Shown here piece after piece: positions 54,146-58,725 of a DNA stretch of 58,725 nucleotides. Positions within the stretch are counted from its first letter, which is position 1; the number at the start of each line of letters is the position of its first letter. Below the pieces are notes generated by a model. It was not told the DNA's origin and did no database searches. It saw only the letters and a list, made by a program, of their open reading frames with translations. The stretch covers positions 1-58,725 of the forward strand of contig CAZVLR010000004.1 in NCBI GenBank assembly GCA_964628095.1, given 5' to 3'. The translations under genes were made by a program, and so were the position numbers. Origin of the DNA: an uncultured Candidatus Saccharibacteria bacterium. Its GTDB lineage: Bacteria; Patescibacteriota; Minisyncoccia; Minisyncoccales; CAZVLR01.

Positions 54146-56563
54146 TTATTTTTTAACTTCAGATGGCGTTTCGGAAATGGGCGGCTGGGCCGGAACAATG
54201 CCGTCCAAGGCCGATCTCCCCGCCTTAATGTTGTCTATAACCTTTAATATCTCCTGGTTATCCGGATTTAAGCTCTGCACTTTCTCAAATTTTACAAGCG
54301 CCGCCTGCTTGTTACCCTGCTTATCATATATGATACCCAAGATATAAAGGGCGTTGGAATAATTCGGGTCGATAGTCAACAATCTCTCCAGCTCGGCTTT
54401 AGCCTTATCCAATTGGTTATTGTTGTAATAAATAACGCCCAATTGAAAAGCCAGGCCAGTATCGTTAGGCGCTGAAAGCTTGGTTTCTTCAAGTTTTGCA
54501 ATCGCCTCTTCGGTTTTGCCTTCGTTCATTTTCATCATGGCTATTTGGTATTGGGCCGGCGCATAGTCGTTTTTTAAAGACAGCGCCTTTTGAAAGTTTT
54601 CTTCGGCTTTTTTCAAATTCTCTTCCTTTGTCCCTTCTGTTTCTCCGGCATCAGCCTTTAAAAGGTAAACTTTGCCGATTTCGGTATAGACATACGGGTT
54701 TTTTGGATCCAATTCCAAAGATTTATTGTAAGATTCCAAAGCCAAAGGCGAAGAACCATTAACAGCCCCGATTAAATTTTGGTAAACAAAAGCTCGCACA
54801 TTCCAATTGGCAACGTTAGCCGGATTTAACCCTACAGCCGTGTTTATTGATCGAATAGCAGCGCTTAAGACTTCCGATGACTGCGTCTTTTTTTGTTCGT
54901 CGGTTAATTTCTGATCTTGTGTAATTAAAGCGGTTTTGGCCAGATAAACTTGGGAAATATCCCGCCAATAAATATCGGCTTTTGCGTTATATTTTACCGC
55001 TTTTTCCAAGGCGCTAATGGACTGATCAACCTGTCCCCCTTGATAAAAGGTGATGCCTTGAAGATACTTGGCATCGGCAAAATATTTTTCAATGTTGAAA
55101 AAAGACAAACCCACGCCAAAAATTAATATCAAAATCAGCAAAAAGGAAGCGGCCAGAGCCTGGGGCGAAGACGGCTCAATGGCCAAAGATTTTACTTTAG
55201 ATTTTTCAATCGCGACAAAACCGGCCAATAAAACCCAGAAGGTAAAATTCAAAACCAGGCTTGAAGGATAGAAAAAATAGCTGATAATAATGGCGCCCAG
55301 AGAGGAAAAAACCGCCAAAACCATAATCCTGTCCTTAGATTTCGTTTCATTCCCTTTTTTCTTAAAAAAGCTAAAAGCAGCCCAGAAAAACATAACCAAT
55401 AGCGCCAAGAAAGAAAGAATGCCCAAAATACCGGTGGTAATAACCCGATCCAAAATCTCAGAAGCGCCGGTAGAAAACTTGGTATTCCATAAAATCGTCT
55501 GGTTTACGCCATCGGGCTTAAATTTAGCAAAAGTATAACTGAACGTTCCTGGCCCACTACCTAAAACTGGCGTTTTCATTATGCTATCTTTTATCAGGCC
55601 CAGTTCGGCTTGTTGCGTTAAAGAAACCTCTAAAGGTAATTGCGGAGAAAAGGGCAAATTAATCTTAAAAACTGCAAAAAACAAACCCACAATCAAAAGC
55701 ACGATCGCAAAATGTAGCAAGCGATTGGGCAAGCTTTTAACGTTTAAAAGGCCCAGAACAAAAATTAAAGCCATGCTTACGATCAAAATAATCCAAGCGG
55801 TAAAAAAATTAATCAGCAGCAAGGCGGCCAGCCAGAAAACTGAAACCAGCAACAAAACAGCTTTTTTAGCCTTGTTATTGGTGGTAAAAAACAGAGAAAT
55901 AGCTAGGGGCATTAAACAAGCCAAGAAAATCGCCAAAGCGTTGGGCGAACCGAGAGTATTAAAGGAAACCGCCTTAGTAAAGTTAAAAGGCAAAAGGTAT
56001 TTACCGTACATTTGAAGCAGGCCAAGAATGCCAACAATAAACCCTGAAACTACTAGGCCAAAAAACAATTTGGCAACCCGCTTGGGCCCCAAAATAGTGT
56101 TAGAAATTAAAAAATAAAGAAGAATAAAATAAAAAAGGGTTAAAAAGCTGGCGTTAATATCCAACGGCCAGCCCCAAAAGCTGCCATAGCTCCATAAAGA
56201 AAAAATGGTCGATAAACCGTAAATTAAAAGAAGGGCTAAAACCGGAACATTTAACCAATTAAGGTTAAACTCAAAATGATGGGTTGATAAAACCCTAAAA
56301 ATCCAAAAGAGCAAGGCTAAAAAAACCAAAATGCCCAATAGCAACTGCTTACTTAAATCTAAAACACTCACTACAAAGGGTAGAAAAAACAGCGGGAAAA
56401 TAAAAACCAGCAGATAAACAGAGTAAACGCCGATTTTACCCCAAAGCTCTTTTTTTTCTTTTAAGGATTCGGTTTTTGAATCTTGTAGTTTTGAAGTTTT
56501 TTGCTTAACAGTTCTTTTTTTTGCGGTAATTTCCACCGCCTGGAGATCTTTTTCGTTTTCCAT
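54146..56563 (-). CDS. O-antigen-ligase-like polytopic membrane protein with C-terminal TPR repeats
   Basis: Many TMs, FNTLGSPNALA, PVLGSGPGTF loop, TGILG; multiple TPR motifs. Confidence 0.78.
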   Translation of the reverse strand: MENEKDLQAVEITAKKRTVKQKTSKLQDSKTESLKEKKELWGKIGVYSVYLLVFIFPLFFLPFVVSVLDLSKQLLLGILVFLALLFWIFRVLSTHHFEFNLNWLNVPVLALLLIYGLSTIFSLWSYGSFWGWPLDINASFLTLFYFILLYFLISNTILGPKRVAKLFFGLVVSGFIVGILGLLQMYGKYLLPFNFTKAVSFNTLGSPNALAIFLACLMPLAISLFFTTNNKAKKAVLLLVSVFWLAALLLINFFTAWIILIVSMALIFVLGLLNVKSLPNRLLHFAIVLLIVGLFFAVFKINLPFSPQLPLEVSLTQQAELGLIKDSIMKTPVLGSGPGTFSYTFAKFKPDGVNQTILWNTKFSTGASEILDRVITTGILGILSFLALLVMFFWAAFSFFKKKGNETKSKDRIMVLAVFSSLGAIIISYFFYPSSLVLNFTFWVLLAGFVAIEKSKVKSLAIEPSSPQALAASFLLILILIFGVGLSFFNIEKYFADAKYLQGITFYQGGQVDQSISALEKAVKYNAKADIYWRDISQVYLAKTALITQDQKLTDEQKKTQSSEVLSAAIRSINTAVGLNPANVANWNVRAFVYQNLIGAVNGSSPLALESYNKSLELDPKNPYVYTEIGKVYLLKADAGETEGTKEENLKKAEENFQKALSLKNDYAPAQYQIAMMKMNEGKTEEAIAKLEETKLSAPNDTGLAFQLGVIYYNNNQLDKAKAELERLLTIDPNYSNALYILGIIYDKQGNKQAALVKFEKVQSLNPDNQEILKVIDNIKAGRSALDGIVPAQPPISETPSEVKK

Positions 56564-56586
56564 AAGTTTTTAAATTTATTAATTGT

Positions 56587-58725
56587 TTATAAAAACACTA
56601 ATTGATCTAAAATTGGTTGCAATAAAGATTGAGGTTGTAATTCCGGCTGAGCTTCTGGCTGAATTTCCGGTTGTATTTCTGGCTGAACCTCTGGCTCGGG
56701 AAGTGGTTGAGTTTCAGTTGGAACCGGCTCTGGATTTGGATTATCCGCCACGCTTTCTTCTGGCGAAGAAGTCGCCGGATTATCTGCTGGAATTGGTTCG
56801 GGCACTGGTTCAATTGGAGTGGGTGGCGGTTCGGCCGGTTCAGGATTTATATTTTGATTATTAAAATCAACTTGGTCGCATTCGCCCCTTATTTTAACCC
56901 ACTCTCCGTTTTCTATCCAGGTACACCAAATTTCTCCTGTGGCTTTATCTACTACCTCTAATCTTTCCACCCGGGCTGTGCGCACAAAAATCTTCTCAAA
57001 TGCCCATTCCCCGGCAGTTTGTATTGAGCCGGTAAATTTTAACAAAGAGTCTTTAATTTGATCAACAAAACCAGTGTTATCGGCAGAAACATAAGAAATT
57101 ATTTCTCCGCTTTGATTTTGCAAGCTGCCGCTTTGGTTAACAGAAAGCTTTATAGCTTCAATTTCCTGCTTCAATTCCTTAATGCCGGCAATAGAAAGGG
57201 CGCTTAACCTCGCGTAATCAACCGATTTGGCGTATTGGCCGTCTTCTTCCCATTCCACCACTTCTGGCACTACTTTTCCTATTTCTTCGGCAATAAACCC
57301 GAAATCGCGGCCTTGGCCAAAGCCTGTTTTCCAATCAAAGTAAACCGGGTTTAACAGATCGATTTTTTCCATGGCATTCTGAATAGAAATTATATTTTCC
57401 TTCCAGCGCACCGAAGAATATTGCGTCCAGGCATCGGCGACCGGATCAGTTGGAGAATTCTGGCGCACTGTTAAAATGTTGCTGGTGGTGGTCGTACCAA
57501 TTGCTATATTACCGCTATTGGCGACAATAAAAGCTTCCATTGAGGTGGCCACCATAAACAATCCGTTGGTGGTACTGGTAGAAATCGCCACGCTAATACC
57601 CGCGCCCGTAAGCATCTGCGAAGCCGAGCCAGCGCCGATTACGCTGCTAGATTGAATTCTAAATCTGTTGCCATCGCTGTTATCAATGCCCATTGAATAA
57701 TAAGTAGGCCCTGACCACAAAACATATGACGGATCATAGGCAGAATTAGATGCCGGTGTGCCAATTTCCATACTGGCGTTGTGAGCTCCATCGCCCCAAA
57801 TATAAATATTGCTGGTGGCAGTGGTAGTATTAATATTAACGCTGCCCCAAGATGTTATATTAAAATTATTAGTAGTCGTGCCCACTGTAAAAAGATTAGT
57901 GTTGGTGGTGGTGGTGCCGACGGATACGCCATTAGTATTTAAATATAAAGTGGTGGTGCCGTTAATGTCAAAATCTAAAGCGCGGTTATCAGAAGCGTAG
58001 ATGCGCGAATAAGGCACAGTGGTGCTGCCAGGCGCTTCCAAGCCAAACCAGATGCCCGAACCCGTAGAGGTGCCTTGAAGACCAATCTGATAATTGTTAA
58101 CTGCCACAGTTGGTTTTTCAGCAAAAATTCCGTATTGAGCTGGATTAGTAACCGTTTCGGTGGTTACATCGTTTAATATATATAAAGCCGATGAATAATC
58201 TCTAATGGTAAAATTGCTCGAAGCACCATTACCAATCCCTTGAACCCTAGCGCCAATTACATTTTTTAAAGAAACATTTGAAAGCACAGCCATAGTTCCA
58301 AAAACATCTATCCCAACAGTTGAAAGTTGTTCGGTGCCAGAATTTGTCATCGTGCCACCATAAGTTCCGAACGTTAAGCCAGAAACTTTTGAATTGGCTC
58401 CAAATCCTTTTCCGGCATAACTCATGTATCCACTCATTCCTGAATGAGTTACCGTGCTCGAAGCTGAAGGAGTAACCATGGGGAATAGGCTTATTCCAAC
58501 AACAGAAGAGTTCGTAGTACTCGGCTGTCTTGCGCCTGAAATATTAAGCAATGTTGCATTTGTTGGCGCTGTCCCAATCCCGACACCGCCTTGTTTATTA
58601 TCAACCGCAAATATTGTGTCGGTGGTTGTTGCCACATATATGGCATAAGTTGAAGAGGCGGTCGTAGTACCAATAGATAAAGTATTGTTAATTACGGTAT
58701 TTCCCGCCTGATTAATAGTAAAAAT
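56587..58725 (-). CDS. 3' part of a large fibre/adhesin-like protein with a peptidase S74 intramolecular chaperone domain; start lies beyond the window
   Basis: Frame is open from 58725 (..GNTVINNTLSIGTTT..); repeated V/IGIGTTT motifs; SSVRWKENI..LNPVYFDWK..GFIAEE..VDYARL..IKEL. Confidence 0.82.
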   Translation of the reverse strand: MFTINQAGNTVINNTLSIGTTTASSTYAIYVATTTDTIFAVDNKQGGVGIGTAPTNATLLNISGARQPSTTNSSVVGISLFPMVTPSASSTVTHSGMSGYMSYAGKGFGANSKVSGLTFGTYGGTMTNSGTEQLSTVGIDVFGTMAVLSNVSLKNVIGARVQGIGNGASSNFTIRDYSSALYILNDVTTETVTNPAQYGIFAEKPTVAVNNYQIGLQGTSTGSGIWFGLEAPGSTTVPYSRIYASDNRALDFDINGTTTLYLNTNGVSVGTTTTNTNLFTVGTTTNNFNITSWGSVNINTTTATSNIYIWGDGAHNASMEIGTPASNSAYDPSYVLWSGPTYYSMGIDNSDGNRFRIQSSSVIGAGSASQMLTGAGISVAISTSTTNGLFMVATSMEAFIVANSGNIAIGTTTTSNILTVRQNSPTDPVADAWTQYSSVRWKENIISIQNAMEKIDLLNPVYFDWKTGFGQGRDFGFIAEEIGKVVPEVVEWEEDGQYAKSVDYARLSALSIAGIKELKQEIEAIKLSVNQSGSLQNQSGEIISYVSADNTGFVDQIKDSLLKFTGSIQTAGEWAFEKIFVRTARVERLEVVDKATGEIWCTWIENGEWVKIRGECDQVDFNNQNINPEPAEPPPTPIEPVPEPIPADNPATSSPEESVADNPNPEPVPTETQPLPEPEVQPEIQPEIQPEAQPELQPQSLLQPILDQLVFL
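56633..56692 (-). repeat. Five imperfect 12-bp tandem repeats encoding (E-x-Q-P)n
   Basis: ggttgtaattcc ggctgagcttct ggctgaatttcc ggttgtatttct ggctgaacctct = EVQPEIQPEIQPEAQPELQP. Confidence 0.8.

Noticed and set aside
56633-56692. CRISPR-like or contingency repeat
   Set aside because: In-frame degenerate 12-bp coding repeats without spacers; no CRISPR array or cas gene is visible in the window.

Overview
Chromosomal segment of an AT-rich, streamlined bacterium using the standard code (TGA = stop). Gene content is typical of Patescibacteria/CPR (Parcubacteria-like); this assignment is inferred from gene style, not from a search. (1) 1-16.9 kb, all minus strand: a surface-glycan biosynthesis operon led by a small Xis/BldC-type HTH gene. 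It carries a WlbABC/WbpBDE-like diacetamido-uronate set, a second DegT aminotransferase, two nucleotide-sugar dehydrogenases and a Wzx flippase. It also contains an unusual sulfur module: cysD, a CysH/CysD hybrid with a 4Fe-4S motif but no ECGLH, cysN, and two cytoplasmic sulfatase-fold paralogs with Thr in place of the formylglycine Cys/Ser. This is the best candidate for an undescribed system (glycan sulfation without a classical sulfotransferase). (2) 17-31.5 kb: cell-envelope genes (PG-binding metallopeptidase, 1450-aa S-layer-like protein with a structured leader, DUF5667 anti-sigma/ECF sigma/DeoR-HTH cassette with visible operator and ECF promoter, lamin-tail protein, DUF5674 pair). (3) 31.6-43.6 kb: orphan cassette, uvrC, secG, OppA with a PG-binding insert, pgi/pmi, tRNA-Leu(CAG), rnj, trpS, pmm/pgm, ychF, recA. 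(4) 43.6-58.7 kb, minus strand: rpsR-ssb-rpsF, ftsK, rpoC, rpoB, an O-antigen-ligase-like TPR protein and the 3' end of a large S74-chaperone fibre protein. Many genes appear leaderless. No CRISPR array, rRNA, IS or prophage is evident.
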